A DNA stretch of 64,000 nt from an uncultured delta proteobacterium (GTDB lineage Bacteria; Desulfobacterota; Binatia; Binatales; Binataceae): positions 893,349-957,348 of the forward strand of contig CAWDXY010000004.1 of NCBI GenBank assembly GCA_963806485.1, written 5' to 3'. Shown piece by piece: positions 19,089 to 30,008 of the stretch. The translations under genes were made by a program, and so were the position numbers. The notes beneath the pieces are model-generated. The model saw nothing but the letters and a program-made list of their open reading frames with translations. It did not search any database and was not told where the DNA came from. Each line of letters opens with the position of its first letter. Positions within the stretch are counted from its first letter, which is position 1.

Positions 19089-20070
19089 GGTTGACCTGGA
19101 GCACGTTCACCATGTTTTCGCCCACTAGTCCGTAGAGAGGGGCGGATGTGTCAGCCTGCAATATCTGTTCGATCTCCGTCCGCACCTGACCTTCGTCGCG
19201 CTTGGTGTCCTTCGCCCATGCAGAAGACACTCGATCAAGCTGATACTCTGCGTTTTGTAGCGTGATGTTGGGATCCAGGCCTGACGCCGAGGTTGTTACC
19301 ATATCTCCGGGCACGTCCTGGAGATTCGCGTCAGGATTTTCCTGCCGCCACATATCAAAGAAGTTCGACTGAATGTCAGAGCCGCTGGCAACTGGGTGAA
19401 TCACTGTCTGAGTCTTTCCACCCGGGAGCTGATTTGTAACAGCTGAGGGGAACTTACCGGGAGTGTCCTTCGAGAAGTTTTCAAAAAAGACGACCGCTAG
19501 ATCCGAAGCCTGGGGCTGGGGCGTTCCCGGATTCTGCTTGATCCAATCCTTTACCACCGCGTCATGGTCCTTGGCCCAATCGGTCACATATTGCGCGTGT
19601 GTCGGATCCGCACTCACCCACGCCTGCGCGAGTTCATTATGATTGTCGGCCCACTGTGCGACTATATGAGGCTGCCCCCCGAACTTATCCTGCTGAAACC
19701 ATGCTTCGATATCCGGCGCAACCAATTGTCCTTTCTTCGGCTCCTCGCCGTACTTGACGATCGGACCAAGCATATTTGCGACCCGATTTCGAAGCGCATA
19801 GTTCGATGCTGCCAGGGCGGACGACGCTGATGCGGAACCATCATAAGACGCGGCAGAAGGTCGGGGCTGAAAGTATTCGTCCTTGGTGAACGGTTGTGCG
19901 ATCAACAGCGAGCCCACCGGTTTGCCGTCTGGCCCGTCTACCATGCTGCCGTTGGCGGTAAACGGGAAAAACGTTTGCCCGATTGCCAATACTGCTAGAG
20001 GGTAAATCAGACAGCAGATCACAACCGAGACGCCCAGGAGAAATAAGCTCTTTGAAATGTAGCTACGCAT
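19051..20070 (-). CDS. kdpC: potassium-transporting ATPase subunit C, long form with internal insertion
   Basis: N-terminal IYPLAVLAIGQTFFPFTANGSMVDGPDGKPVGSLLIAQPFT...FQPRPSAA and C-terminal VPGDMVTTSASGLDPNITLQNAEYQLDRV...VNVLQVNLEL match KdpC ends; 339 aa vs typical ~190. Confidence 0.85.
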   Translation of the reverse strand: MRSYISKSLFLLGVSVVICCLIYPLAVLAIGQTFFPFTANGSMVDGPDGKPVGSLLIAQPFTKDEYFQPRPSAASYDGSASASSALAASNYALRNRVANMLGPIVKYGEEPKKGQLVAPDIEAWFQQDKFGGQPHIVAQWADNHNELAQAWVSADPTHAQYVTDWAKDHDAVVKDWIKQNPGTPQPQASDLAVVFFENFSKDTPGKFPSAVTNQLPGGKTQTVIHPVASGSDIQSNFFDMWRQENPDANLQDVPGDMVTTSASGLDPNITLQNAEYQLDRVSSAWAKDTKRDEGQVRTEIEQILQADTSAPLYGLVGENMVNVLQVNLELRKHFGAPPA

Positions 20071-20090
20071 GGCTTCCTCGCAAGAGATCT

Positions 20091-22247
20091 TTACGCGATC
20101 AAGTGCATCGAGCTCAGCACGACATCGATCAGTTTGATGCCGATAAAGGGTAGAATGACGCCACCTAAGCCCCAGATTACGAGATTTCTGCGCAGCAGAG
20201 CGTCAGCGCCAAGAGGCCTGTATTTGACGCCTTTCAGTGCTATGGGAATCAGGGCAGGAATAATGACAGCATTGAAGATGACCGCCGACAGGATCGCAGA
20301 CGTAGGCGAATGCAAGTGCATGACGTCCATAGCCTTGAGCCACGGCAGAGTGCCGGCGAAGAGGGCCGGCACGATCGCGAAATATTTTGCTACGTCGTTC
20401 GCCACTGAAAAGGTCGTCAGGGCGCCGCGCGTCATCAGCAACTGCTTGCCTATCTCGACGACTTCAATCAGCTTGGTCGGGTCCGAATCGAGGTCGACCA
20501 TGTTGCCCGCTTCCTTGGCCGCCTGAGTTCCGGAATTCATCGCCACGCCGACGTCTGCCTGGGCGAGTGCCGGGGCATCATTGGTGCCATCGCCCATCAT
20601 CGCGACCAGTTTGCCATCGGCCTGTTCTTTGCGAATGTACGCGAGCTTGGATTCCGGTGTGGCCTGAGCCACGAAGTCGTCTACCCCCGCACGCTTTGCG
20701 ATGGTCGCCGCGGTTAGAGGATTGTCGCCAGTGATCATCACCGTTCTGAGACCCATGGTGCGCAGACGCTCGAAACGTTCACGCATCCCAGTCTTCAGAA
20801 TGTCTTCGAGCACCACCACACCAACGATGTTGGAATTCTCGGCTACCGCCAGCGGTGTCGCGCCGCTGGAAGCGATCTCGTTAACGATTTGATCCAGCCC
20901 GTTGGGAATTGTGCCACCGTTCCGCCGCGCGAACGCCACGACTGCGTCTGCAGCGCCCTTGCGGATATTGCGGCCGTCCGCCAGGTCAACTCCGCTCATC
21001 CTGGTCTGTGCACTGAAATCAATAAACTTCGCGCCTGCTGGCGGGTTCAGTTCGCCGAGAGTGACGCCATCAGCCACCGCTTGCGTAACGATGCTTTTAC
21101 CTTCGGGAGTCTGATCAGCCGTCGAGGCAAGCGCGGCGAGAAGAGCTACCTTCGCTTTGGAATAGGCGCCCACCGGCCGGAAGTCGGTCGCGCGGCGATT
21201 GCCGACCGTGATCGTTCCGGTCTTGTCGAGCATCACGGTATCGATGTCGCCGGCCGTCTCTACTGCCTTGCCGCTCTTGGCGAGAATGTTCGCTTGCAGA
21301 GCGCGGTCCATTCCCGCGATCCCAATCGCGGCAAGCAATGCTCCGATCGTTGTCGGGATCAAACAGACCAAGAGCGCGACCAGGGTTGGTACATCAGTTC
21401 CGAGACTCTTAACGGGGGCTGGAAGGCCCAGGTATCCCATCATGTATTGCTCAGCGTTCCACGCGAGCGGCCACAGGGGAACAACGACGATAAAGAACGC
21501 GACTGTAAGTCCCGAGAGCACGAGCGTCAGCGCAATTTCGTTAGGTGTCTTCTGGCGAACGGCACCTTCGACCAGAGCGATCATGCGGTCGAGAAAGGCC
21601 TGTCCAGGCAGCGCGGTGACTTTCACTACGATTCGATCCGAGATAACTCGCGTCCCTCCGGTAACTCCGGACCGATCACCGCCGGCCTCGCGAATGACCG
21701 GAGCAGATTCGCCGGTGATAGCTGCTTCATCAACTGAGGCGATTCCTTCGACTACGTCTCCGTCACTAGGAATGACCTGGCCGGCTGTGACCACTACGCG
21801 GTCGCCTGGTTTCAAATCGGTCGATCGGACTTCTTCGAGACTGTTGCGAGTCGTTAGCCGGTACGCGGGTGTCTCGCTGCGGGTCTTGCGCAAGGAGTCG
21901 GCCTGGGCTTTGCCACGCGCCTCTGCGAGTGCAGTAGCAAAGTTGGCAAAGAGTACGGTTAGCCAAAGCCAGAAGTCGAGCCCGATGAAATAGCTGATTG
22001 GAACCTGGCTCGCAGAGGCGCCCATTGCCGCTTGTATGATAAACAGCAGCGTAAGAACCGCGCCGATCTCGACCACAAACATGACCGGATTGGCCCACTG
22101 GATGTCCGGGCGGAGCATCACGAAGGATTGCTTCAACGCTTGGCGCACCAGCTCAGGCTCGAACAACGCGCGGCTTCTTATTCGCCGCGGAGGCGGCAAC
22201 GGTGTCGGCGCTTCACTCCTCTGTATTGATTGAACTGCTGCTCCCAT
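20091..22247 (-). CDS. kdpB: potassium-transporting P-type ATPase subunit B
   Basis: P-type ATPase motifs [23 protein letters not shown]; KdpB-specific N-terminal region. Confidence 0.95.
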   Translation of the reverse strand: MGAAVQSIQRSEAPTPLPPPRRIRSRALFEPELVRQALKQSFVMLRPDIQWANPVMFVVEIGAVLTLLFIIQAAMGASASQVPISYFIGLDFWLWLTVLFANFATALAEARGKAQADSLRKTRSETPAYRLTTRNSLEEVRSTDLKPGDRVVVTAGQVIPSDGDVVEGIASVDEAAITGESAPVIREAGGDRSGVTGGTRVISDRIVVKVTALPGQAFLDRMIALVEGAVRQKTPNEIALTLVLSGLTVAFFIVVVPLWPLAWNAEQYMMGYLGLPAPVKSLGTDVPTLVALLVCLIPTTIGALLAAIGIAGMDRALQANILAKSGKAVETAGDIDTVMLDKTGTITVGNRRATDFRPVGAYSKAKVALLAALASTADQTPEGKSIVTQAVADGVTLGELNPPAGAKFIDFSAQTRMSGVDLADGRNIRKGAADAVVAFARRNGGTIPNGLDQIVNEIASSGATPLAVAENSNIVGVVVLEDILKTGMRERFERLRTMGLRTVMITGDNPLTAATIAKRAGVDDFVAQATPESKLAYIRKEQADGKLVAMMGDGTNDAPALAQADVGVAMNSGTQAAKEAGNMVDLDSDPTKLIEVVEIGKQLLMTRGALTTFSVANDVAKYFAIVPALFAGTLPWLKAMDVMHLHSPTSAILSAVIFNAVIIPALIPIALKGVKYRPLGADALLRRNLVIWGLGGVILPFIGIKLIDVVLSSMHLIA

Positions 22248-22318
22248 TTTTGTTCTCCAAATTTCCTCGATCTATGAGCTTATGGGCTCCTTCGAACTTT
22301 CCTCTCCGTCGCAATGAC

Positions 22319-24136
22319 CTATCCGCCGAATGGAATAGGACCTAAGTGTTCTGCGAGAGGACCGAGCGCAGCCACAGGAAGGAACAACAGCGCGCCGACG
22401 ATGACGATCGTTCCAAAGAGCAGGCAGCCGAACGTAAAAGTGTCGTCACGAAGGGTTCCCAGCCCGAACGGAGTACTTTTCTTCAATCCAAGGAACGCTG
22501 CCATCGCGATCGGAGCGACGATCGGCAGATAGCGACCGAACAGGATCACCAGACCGCCTCCGATGTCCCACGGGACCGCCTCGGGTGCCGGACTTGTGTT
22601 GTTATTCAGTCCATAGCTCACGCCCAAGCCATCGAAGGCTGAGCCGTTGTTCGCCGATGATGACGAGAACTGATAAACGATTTGCGAAAGACCGTGGGCG
22701 CCCGGATTGCTCTCCGCCTTGATGCCCCAATTCGTTGCCGCGTAGAGTCCCGATGGTCCCAGAATCAGGAAGGGATGGACCAGCAGGGCGATCATCGCGA
22801 GCTTCACCTCGCGAGCGCCGATCTTCTTGCCCAGGTACTCCGGCGTTCGTCCAACCATCTGTCCGGCCAAAAAGACGCCGATGATGAGGAACAGCAGCAA
22901 GTTGATCATGCCGACGCCTTTGCCGCCATAAATGCAGTTGAGCCACATGCCCCAGAATGGCGAGAGCGCTGCGATAGGATTCAGGCTGTCATGCTCGCAG
23001 TTCACCGCACCGCAAGTCACATCGACCGTAGCAGCAGCAAAGGTAGCACCAGCCGAGGTCCCGAAACGCAGCTCCTTGCCCTCGAGATTGCCAAGGTGCT
23101 GATCGACCGGTAGTCCGGCCACGGCGGGAAGAGTAATGACCTGCTTTCCACCCGGCGCACCGGCGTTCGCGATCGTAAATGTCCGGCTCACGGGATGGGC
23201 AGTCAGACCCGGGTTGGGTTGCATGGTGTCGAAGTAGATCGCCCAGACAACTGTGCCGACGAATAACGTCAGCATGACCCCAAAAATCACAATCGAGTGA
23301 CGCAGCCTCCCCAGCATGCGTCCGTACATGAGCACGAGCGCCATCGGGAACAGCATCATGCAGAAGGTCTCGAAGAAATTTGTGCCTGCGCCCGGATTCT
23401 CGAAAGGATGAGCCGAATTCATGCCGAAAAATCCGCCGCCGTTGGTTCCCATCATTTTCATCGGGACGAAAGCAGCTAGTGGCCCCATTACGATGTTCTG
23501 CTGTTTGGGCTGATTGTTGTTGTCCAGCCCCATCGCAGCGGGTTCAAGCGTCGTGACCGTTTGGACGTTCTGATAGGTCATCGGCATCCCCTGTACGAGG
23601 AAGACCATCGAGATCACGAACGCCGCGGGTAGAAAGAAATAAACCACCACTCGCCACATATCGAGGAAGTAGTTGCCGAGATGAGAATCGCCGCGCAGCG
23701 CGCGGATTATGGCAGTAAGAGCGCATAAGCCGACCGCGGCAGAAAGAAAGAAGTTCGCTATACAAAAGAAGATCTGGCTGAAAATCGAGAAGGCTACGTC
23801 TCCCGAATAGTGCTGCATGTTCGTGTTCGTGATGAACGAGATCACACTATGGAAGATTGTGGTCGGCGCCAGCATTCCGAGTCCGCGCGGGTTAAGCGGC
23901 ATCCACGGCTGCAGCGAAAGCACCATATAGCCGTAAACGAACAGAGCTACGTTGAAAACTAAGAGAGCGAGCGTGTACTGTGTCCAACTCATCGGGCCAG
24001 AATCCAGGCGCTTCTCAAACCACTGCAAAACGCCCGGGGCGCGGTACTTGCCGTCCATGATCTTTGCCATATAGCTGCTGAGCGGAATGGCTATGGCGAT
24101 AGTGAAGACGATTATAGAAATGGGCAGAAGCCACAT
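22319..24136 (-). CDS. kdpA: potassium-transporting ATPase subunit A
   Basis: 605-aa polytopic membrane protein with KdpA selectivity-filter-like segments (MGTNGGGFFGMNSAHPFENP). Confidence 0.95.
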   Translation of the reverse strand: MWLLPISIIVFTIAIAIPLSSYMAKIMDGKYRAPGVLQWFEKRLDSGPMSWTQYTLALLVFNVALFVYGYMVLSLQPWMPLNPRGLGMLAPTTIFHSVISFITNTNMQHYSGDVAFSIFSQIFFCIANFFLSAAVGLCALTAIIRALRGDSHLGNYFLDMWRVVVYFFLPAAFVISMVFLVQGMPMTYQNVQTVTTLEPAAMGLDNNNQPKQQNIVMGPLAAFVPMKMMGTNGGGFFGMNSAHPFENPGAGTNFFETFCMMLFPMALVLMYGRMLGRLRHSIVIFGVMLTLFVGTVVWAIYFDTMQPNPGLTAHPVSRTFTIANAGAPGGKQVITLPAVAGLPVDQHLGNLEGKELRFGTSAGATFAAATVDVTCGAVNCEHDSLNPIAALSPFWGMWLNCIYGGKGVGMINLLLFLIIGVFLAGQMVGRTPEYLGKKIGAREVKLAMIALLVHPFLILGPSGLYAATNWGIKAESNPGAHGLSQIVYQFSSSSANNGSAFDGLGVSYGLNNNTSPAPEAVPWDIGGGLVILFGRYLPIVAPIAMAAFLGLKKSTPFGLGTLRDDTFTFGCLLFGTIVIVGALLFLPVAALGPLAEHLGPIPFGG

Positions 24137-24173
24137 GGCTTTGTCTCCTCTGTGGTGATCCTGTTGTAACTGT

Positions 24174-24254
24174 CTAGAACCACTCGGGCCGGATCATCGC
24201 GGCCAACAGGTAAATAAATACCAACGCGGCCACTATCGCTGTCATGATTATCAT
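24174..24254 (-). CDS. kdpF: potassium-transporting ATPase subunit F (26 aa)
   Basis: Minus-strand ORF MIIMTAIVAALVFIYLLAAMIRPEWF directly upstream of kdpA; single-TM peptide resembling KdpF; not in ORF track (too short); coordinates +/- 2 nt. Confidence 0.75.
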   Translation of the reverse strand: MIIMTAIVAALVFIYLLAAMIRPEWF

Positions 24255-24263
24255 CGCTGCCTC

Positions 24264-24359
24264 CTAGATCTTCTCGCACGCGACCAAAAACGCGAAACAG
24301 AGGCCGAGGCTGATGAGCCCCAAGAGGAACGTCCCAGGCAACCAGATGGCCACATCCAT
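24264..24359 (-). CDS. conserved 31-aa hydrophobic mini-protein upstream of kdpF (copy 1)
   Basis: ORF MDVAIWLPGTFLLGLISLGLCFAFLVACEKI; stop 9 nt before kdpF start with GGAGG in between; paralogous ORF before second kdp operon keeps frame and hydrophobicity. Confidence 0.55.
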   Translation of the reverse strand: MDVAIWLPGTFLLGLISLGLCFAFLVACEKI

Positions 24360-24533
24360 AGATTCATCCTACCTTTCCGCAAGCGATGAGCTGGCGGCAT
24401 GCTTCTCGAGATTCAGTTCAGCTGCCCTCAAAGCCTTTCGGATAGCCGAACGTAGACAACTCCGATTAAGAAAATTGCTACCGTTATGCCGACGAAAAGC
24501 ATGTCGAGCATGGTTCTCAAGCCTCAGGAGCAA

Positions 24534-24552
24534 GGCAGCACAAACCATGCCT
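24534..24552 (-). promoter_or_regulatory. candidate sigma-54 (-24/-12) promoter for kdp operon 1
   Basis: Minus strand reads AGGCATGgtttGTGCTG vs consensus TGGCACGnnnnTTGCW with conserved GG and GC at correct spacing, ~170 nt upstream of the mini-ORF. Confidence 0.25.
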
Positions 24553-24782
24553 CGGTATTTTCTATACGAATGCTATTTTTTTCGTCAGGGACGACTGGCG
24601 AGGGTTTCAAAATGATAAGTGACAGTGCGAATCGAAGGCCGGCAGGCTCTAGAGCCAAGTCGATATGTGGTAGTTCGATCAGGGTCAGGGCTGCAAGGGA
24701 TGTAGCTAACGGATACAGAAGTTGCGGGGCCGTTATCTATCGACCCCGCAACCCTTGACCTTGAAGCCAAGAAGGCCGCTAG

Positions 24783-25796
24783 TTATTGAGGCTGTCCGAA
24801 ACGGCTTGCTAATTGCAAATTGACTTGAAGAACATTGACAAATTTTTCCCCAAACAAGCCTCCTAGAGGAGCCGATGCGTTCGCCTCGAGTATTTGCTCG
24901 ATTTGATCGTGCACCTGTTTCGGGTCCAGTTTTTTATCGGCAGCCCATTTCTGAGAGACGCGATCCAGCTGATATTCCGCATTATCTAGAGTGATATGCG
25001 GGTCGAGGCCTGAGGCCGACGAGGTAACCATGTCACCGGGGACATCCTGGAGCGCTGCGTCTGGATGGTCTTGTCTCCACATGTCGAAGAAGATCGATTG
25101 CACATCCGATCCACTTGCGACCGGCTCGATGTCGGTCTGCGATTTGCCATTAGGCAGCTGCTTGGTCACTGGCGATGGGAACTTGCCGGGATTGTCCTTG
25201 GAGAAATTCTCGAAAAACAGTACAGCCAGGTCCGAGGGCTGTGGCTGTGGTGTGCCCGGATTCTGCTTGATCCACTCGTCCACCGCGCTCTTATGACTTT
25301 TGGACCAGTCAGTTACGTACTGAGCGTGAGTAAGATCGGCGCTTATCCATCCTTGCGCCAGCTCGTTGTGATCGTCAGCCCATTGTGCAACGAGATGCGG
25401 CTGACCCTGGAATTGATCTTTCTGAAACCACGCCTCGACATCCGGCGCAACCAACTGGCCAGCTTCGGGGCCGACCTTATATTTCACGATAGGTCCCAAT
25501 TGCCGGGCCACTCTGTCTCGTAGCGCGTAGTTAGATGCAGCGAGCGCCGATGAAGTACTGGCTGAGGCATCGTACGATGCCGCTGAGGGCCGTGGCCAGA
25601 AGTACTCGTCCTTTGTGAACGGCTGTGCGATCAACAGTGAGCCGACCGACTTGCCATCCGGTCCTGTGACCATGCTGCTATTGGCGGTAAAGGGAAAGAA
25701 GGTCTGGCCGATCGCCCACACTGCAAGCGGATAGGCTATCGCGCAAACTACGACTGTCGCAGTTAGGAGTATCAGGCTTTTGACTATGTTTCGCAT
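24783..25796 (-). CDS. kdpC: potassium-transporting ATPase subunit C, second copy (long form)
   Basis: ~75 percent identical to 19051..20070 product incl. the internal insertion. Confidence 0.85.
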   Translation of the reverse strand: MRNIVKSLILLTATVVVCAIAYPLAVWAIGQTFFPFTANSSMVTGPDGKSVGSLLIAQPFTKDEYFWPRPSAASYDASASTSSALAASNYALRDRVARQLGPIVKYKVGPEAGQLVAPDVEAWFQKDQFQGQPHLVAQWADDHNELAQGWISADLTHAQYVTDWSKSHKSAVDEWIKQNPGTPQPQPSDLAVLFFENFSKDNPGKFPSPVTKQLPNGKSQTDIEPVASGSDVQSIFFDMWRQDHPDAALQDVPGDMVTSSASGLDPHITLDNAEYQLDRVSQKWAADKKLDPKQVHDQIEQILEANASAPLGGLFGEKFVNVLQVNLQLASRFGQPQ

Positions 25797-25826
25797 CGCT
25801 TTTCTTATCCTCGAATGGAACCGTCC

Positions 25827-27992
25827 CTAGGCCACCACGTGCATTGTGGTGAGTATTATGTCGATAAGCTTTATGCCGATGAACGGTAAAATTACGCCGC
25901 CGACTCCCCAGACCATCAGATTTTTGCGCAACAAAGCATCGGCGCCGAGTGGCTGATACTTGACACCTTTCAGCGCCACTGGAATCAGGATTGGAATGAT
26001 GACGGCGTTGAAGATGACCGCCGACAGGATCGCTGACGTGGTCGAGTGAAGATTCATGATGTCCATGGCCTTGAGCCACGGCAGCGTACCGGCAAATAGC
26101 GCAGGGATGATCGCGAAATACTTGGCAACGTCGTTGGCGACCGAAAATGTCGTTAGCGCGCCGCGTGTCATCAGCAATTGCTTGCCAATCTCCACGACCT
26201 CGATCAGCTTGGTAGGATCGGAATCGAGGTCGACCATGTTGCCGGCTTCCTTAGCAGCCTGCGTTCCGGAGTTCATCGCCAGCCCGACGTCTGCCTGCGC
26301 CAGCGCGGGAGCGTCGTTGGTGCCGTCGCCAACCATCGCAACCAGCTTGCCTTCGCCCTGTTCTTTGCGGATGTAAGCCAGCTTCGATTCAGGAGTGCAT
26401 TGAGCGACGAAATCATCGACGCCGGCATGCCTCGCAATCGTCGCAGCAGTGAGCGGATTATCGCCTGTGATCATCACGCTGCGTACACCCATCGCGCGTA
26501 GACGTTGCAGACGCTCGCTGATGCCAGTTTTGAGGACGTCGGACAGTACGATGACGCCGACAATGTTTGCGCCCTCGGCCACCACGAGCGGCGTCGCTCC
26601 CTGCGAGCCGATAGCGTCGACTACAGAATCAAGATCCGATGGCATCGTGCCTGATTGGCGCTGGACAAACTTAGCCACCGCGTCCGGCGCTCCCTTGCGG
26701 ATCTGTTTGCCGTCGGGAAGATCGACACCGCTCATGCGGGTCTGCGCTGAAAAGGTAACAAAGCTCGTACCATTAGGAGCAGTCACATCGGCCGGAGTTC
26801 CGCCGCGATCAAAATGTAGTTTGACGATGGTCTTGCCCTCAGGGGTCTCATCGGCGATCGAAGCAAGTGCCGCCAAGCGTCCGACTTGCTGTGCGGTGTA
26901 TCGGCCTACCGGCAGGAAATCAGTCGCGTGCCGGTTACCCATGGTGATCGTGCCCGTCTTGTCGAGTAGGACCGTATCGATGTCGCCTGCGGTTTCGACG
27001 GCCTTACCGCTCTTGGCCATGATGTTCGCTTGCAGTGCGCGATCCATTCCGGCGATGCCAATGGCTGCCAGCAGCGCGCCGATCGTCGTCGGGATCAGAC
27101 ACACGAGCAACGCAACAAGCGTCGGTACATCCGTGCCCAGACTCTTTAGCGGTTCGGTGAGTCCGAGATATCCCGACATGTAGATCTCGGCATTCAGCGC
27201 CATCGGCCACAGCGGAATCACTACGATCAAAAACGCAAGGCTCAATCCGGCCAAAGCTAGTGTCAGCGCGATCTCGTTGGGTGTCTTCTGGCGTACAGCT
27301 CCCTCGACCAGAGCGATCATGCGATCGAGAAATGATTCGCCGGTTGCCGCTGTAATCTTCGCGACGATGCGATCCGAGACCACGCGAGTTCCGCCAGTAA
27401 CGCCAGAACGATCGCCGCCGGCCTCGCGGATCACAGGAGCTGATTCGCCGGTGATCGCTGATTCATCAACCGAAGCGATTCCTTCGATGATTTCGCCATC
27501 GCCCGGAATGATTTGCCCGGCCTCAACCACGACTCGGTCACCGGGTCGCAGGTCAGCGGACGACACCTCCTCGATCATATCCTTGCCCTTGAGCCGATAC
27601 GCCGGCGTATCCTTGCGGGCTTTTCGCAAGGATTCCGCCTGGGCGCGCCCGCGCGCCTCGGCCAGGGCCGTCGCGAAGTTCGCGAATAGGACAGTCAGCC
27701 ACAGCCAGAAGTCGAGAGCCACAAAGTAGCTGATAGGAACCTGGCTCACAGATTGACTGACCGCCGCTTGTATAATGAACATCAGCGTCAGTACGGAGCC
27801 GATTTCGACGACGAACATGACCGGGTTGCGCCACTGTACGTCCGGCCGCAGCATCAGGAATGCTTCCTTGATAGCTGGCCAGATCAGCTCGGGAGCGAAC
27901 AACGCCTGTGCGCGTGATCGCCGGGGCGGAATGGGCATCTCTGGCGTGATGTGAATCTCAGGTGGTGCAGGGTACTTTTTTAAAGCTTCCAT
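25827..27992 (-). CDS. kdpB: potassium-transporting P-type ATPase subunit B, second copy
   Basis: [17 protein letters not shown]; ~85 percent identical to first KdpB. Confidence 0.95.
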   Translation of the reverse strand: MEALKKYPAPPEIHITPEMPIPPRRSRAQALFAPELIWPAIKEAFLMLRPDVQWRNPVMFVVEIGSVLTLMFIIQAAVSQSVSQVPISYFVALDFWLWLTVLFANFATALAEARGRAQAESLRKARKDTPAYRLKGKDMIEEVSSADLRPGDRVVVEAGQIIPGDGEIIEGIASVDESAITGESAPVIREAGGDRSGVTGGTRVVSDRIVAKITAATGESFLDRMIALVEGAVRQKTPNEIALTLALAGLSLAFLIVVIPLWPMALNAEIYMSGYLGLTEPLKSLGTDVPTLVALLVCLIPTTIGALLAAIGIAGMDRALQANIMAKSGKAVETAGDIDTVLLDKTGTITMGNRHATDFLPVGRYTAQQVGRLAALASIADETPEGKTIVKLHFDRGGTPADVTAPNGTSFVTFSAQTRMSGVDLPDGKQIRKGAPDAVAKFVQRQSGTMPSDLDSVVDAIGSQGATPLVVAEGANIVGVIVLSDVLKTGISERLQRLRAMGVRSVMITGDNPLTAATIARHAGVDDFVAQCTPESKLAYIRKEQGEGKLVAMVGDGTNDAPALAQADVGLAMNSGTQAAKEAGNMVDLDSDPTKLIEVVEIGKQLLMTRGALTTFSVANDVAKYFAIIPALFAGTLPWLKAMDIMNLHSTTSAILSAVIFNAVIIPILIPVALKGVKYQPLGADALLRKNLMVWGVGGVILPFIGIKLIDIILTTMHVVA

Positions 27993-28053
27993 TATCGAGT
28001 CCTTAATGAGTCAATCGCGGATAAACGTGTCAGGCTCTAAGAGCTGGATCTAG

Positions 28054-29871
28054 CTAACCCCCGAAGGGTAGTGGCCCAAGATGTTCTGCGACCGGCCCGA
28101 GCGCGGCTACCGGCAGGAACAGCAAGGCGCCGACGATAGCGATCGTTCCGACCAGCAAGCATCCGAAGGTGAAAGTATCGTCGCGCAGAGTGCCCAAGCC
28201 GAATGGAGTGGTCTTTTTCATTCCAAGGAAACCCGCCATGGCGATCGGCGCCAAAATCGGCAAAAACCGGCCGAGAAGGATTACGAATCCCGCCGCTATA
28301 TCCCATGGAACAGCTTCGGGCGCGGCGTTCGGATTGTTATTCAGGCCGTAGGTGACTCCCAGGCCATCGAATGCGGAGCCGTTGTTAGCTGAGTCCGACG
28401 AGAATTGGTAAACGATTTGTGAGAATCCGTGGGATCCTGGATTGCTCTCGGCCTTTATTCCCCAGTTTGTTGCAGAGAACAATCCCGCCGGGAAAAGGAT
28501 GACCAACGGATGTACGAGCAGAGCAATTAGCGCCAGTTTCACTTCGCGCGCGCCGATCTTCTTTCCAAGGTACTCGGGCGTCCTGCCGACCATCTGCCCA
28601 ACTACGAAAATGCCGATGATGAGAAAGAGCAGCATGTTGATCATGCCGACACCTTTGCCGCCGTAGATGCAGTTCACCCACATTCCAAAGAAAGGCGACA
28701 ACGCCGCCATCGGGTTAAGGCTGTCGTGCTCGCAAATGATTGCGCCGCAAGTGAAATCCACCGTGGCGGCCGCAAACGTCGAGCCCGCGGAAGTCCCGAA
28801 GCGCAGCTCCTTGCCCTCCAAGTTGCCGAGATGCTGATCGACGGGCAGGCCTGCCACGGCAGGCAGAGTAATGTCGCGCTTGCCCCCGGGCGCAGTGGCG
28901 CTTGCAATCGTGAACGTTCTACTTTGCGAATGAGCTGTAAGCCCTGGGTTAGGCTTTAGAGTATCGAAGTAGATTGTCCACAGAATTGTACCCGCGAGCA
29001 GAACAAACATCACCGAGAATATGACCAATGAATGGCGCGGGCGTCGTAACATCGCGCCGTACATCCACACCAGCGCCATCGGAAACCACATCATCGATGA
29101 GGTAGTGATGAAGTTCGACGCGGCATCCGGGTTTTCAAACGGGTGCGCCGAATTCATCCCGAAGAATCCGCCGCCATTCGTTCCCAACATCTTCATTGGA
29201 ACGAAGGCAGCCAGAGGACCAGTTACAATCGTTTGCTGTTTGGGTTGATTGTTGTTGTCCGTGCCCATCGCGGCAGGCTCGAGCGTGTTTACCTGATAGT
29301 CGCTCTGATAGGTCATCGGCATGCCTTGAACCAAAAAGACCATGCTCAGGATGAAGACCGCAGGCAGGAACGTGTAGAACACAACGCGCCACATATCCTG
29401 AAAGAAGTTGCCTACGTGCTCATCGCTGCGAAAGGCTCGAATGATCGCTGTCAGGGCGCAAAACCCTATCGCCGCCGAAAGAAAAAACATCGGAAGGCAA
29501 AAGAATATCTGGCTGAAATTCGAGAACGACTGGTCGCCGGAATAGTGTTGGATGTCGGTGTTGGTACTGAAAGATATGACGGTATTAAAAATGGTACTCG
29601 GCGCAAGTGCTCCGAGGCCGCGTGGGTTTAGCGGCGCCCACGGCTGAAGCACCAATACCAGGTATCCGAAAGCATAAAGAACCGTATTGAATACAAGCAG
29701 AGAGACCGCATACTGCTTCCAGTTCTGCGGTCCGCTGCTAACCCGGTCCTCACACCACTTGAATAGCAGTGGAGGACGGTAATGTCCGTCCATGATCCAG
29801 GCCAGATACCTGCCTAGAGGATAGGAGACAGCAACGCTGAAAATGAGAACCGTGATAGGCAAAGACCACAT
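28054..29871 (-). CDS. kdpA: potassium-transporting ATPase subunit A, second copy
   Basis: 605 aa, ~80 percent identical to first KdpA. Confidence 0.95.
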   Translation of the reverse strand: MWSLPITVLIFSVAVSYPLGRYLAWIMDGHYRPPLLFKWCEDRVSSGPQNWKQYAVSLLVFNTVLYAFGYLVLVLQPWAPLNPRGLGALAPSTIFNTVISFSTNTDIQHYSGDQSFSNFSQIFFCLPMFFLSAAIGFCALTAIIRAFRSDEHVGNFFQDMWRVVFYTFLPAVFILSMVFLVQGMPMTYQSDYQVNTLEPAAMGTDNNNQPKQQTIVTGPLAAFVPMKMLGTNGGGFFGMNSAHPFENPDAASNFITTSSMMWFPMALVWMYGAMLRRPRHSLVIFSVMFVLLAGTILWTIYFDTLKPNPGLTAHSQSRTFTIASATAPGGKRDITLPAVAGLPVDQHLGNLEGKELRFGTSAGSTFAAATVDFTCGAIICEHDSLNPMAALSPFFGMWVNCIYGGKGVGMINMLLFLIIGIFVVGQMVGRTPEYLGKKIGAREVKLALIALLVHPLVILFPAGLFSATNWGIKAESNPGSHGFSQIVYQFSSDSANNGSAFDGLGVTYGLNNNPNAAPEAVPWDIAAGFVILLGRFLPILAPIAMAGFLGMKKTTPFGLGTLRDDTFTFGCLLVGTIAIVGALLFLPVAALGPVAEHLGPLPFGG

Positions 29872-29912
29872 TCGCTTTCCGTCCTATTATGTGATTTGAG
29901 AGATGAAGGTCG

Positions 29913-29993
29913 CTAAAACCATTCGGGCCGAACCATCGCGGCGACCAGGTACCCGAACACGAGAACTGCAACGATTGCTGTGACGTAAATCAT
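29913..29993 (-). CDS. kdpF: potassium-transporting ATPase subunit F, second copy (26 aa)
   Basis: ORF MIYVTAIVAVLVFGYLVAAMVRPEWF upstream of kdpA2; ends ...RPEWF like copy 1. Confidence 0.75.
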   Translation of the reverse strand: MIYVTAIVAVLVFGYLVAAMVRPEWF

Positions 29994-30008
29994 GATTAAC
30001 CACGCGCC

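Noticed and set aside
20889-21993. ORFs of 264-282 aa antisense to kdpB (also 26449..27183, 27277..27729 antisense to kdpB2; 4889..5626 antisense to the AAA-TPR gene; 14533..15480 antisense to the beta-helix gene)
   Set aside because: High-GC antisense frames inside strongly supported conserved genes; no motifs
24360-24780. c-di-AMP (ydaO-type) riboswitch in the long kdp leader regions (also 30105-30500)
   Set aside because: Such riboswitches are known to precede kdp operons in other phyla, but I could not recognise the conserved ydaO core by eye; flagged for cmscan rather than reported
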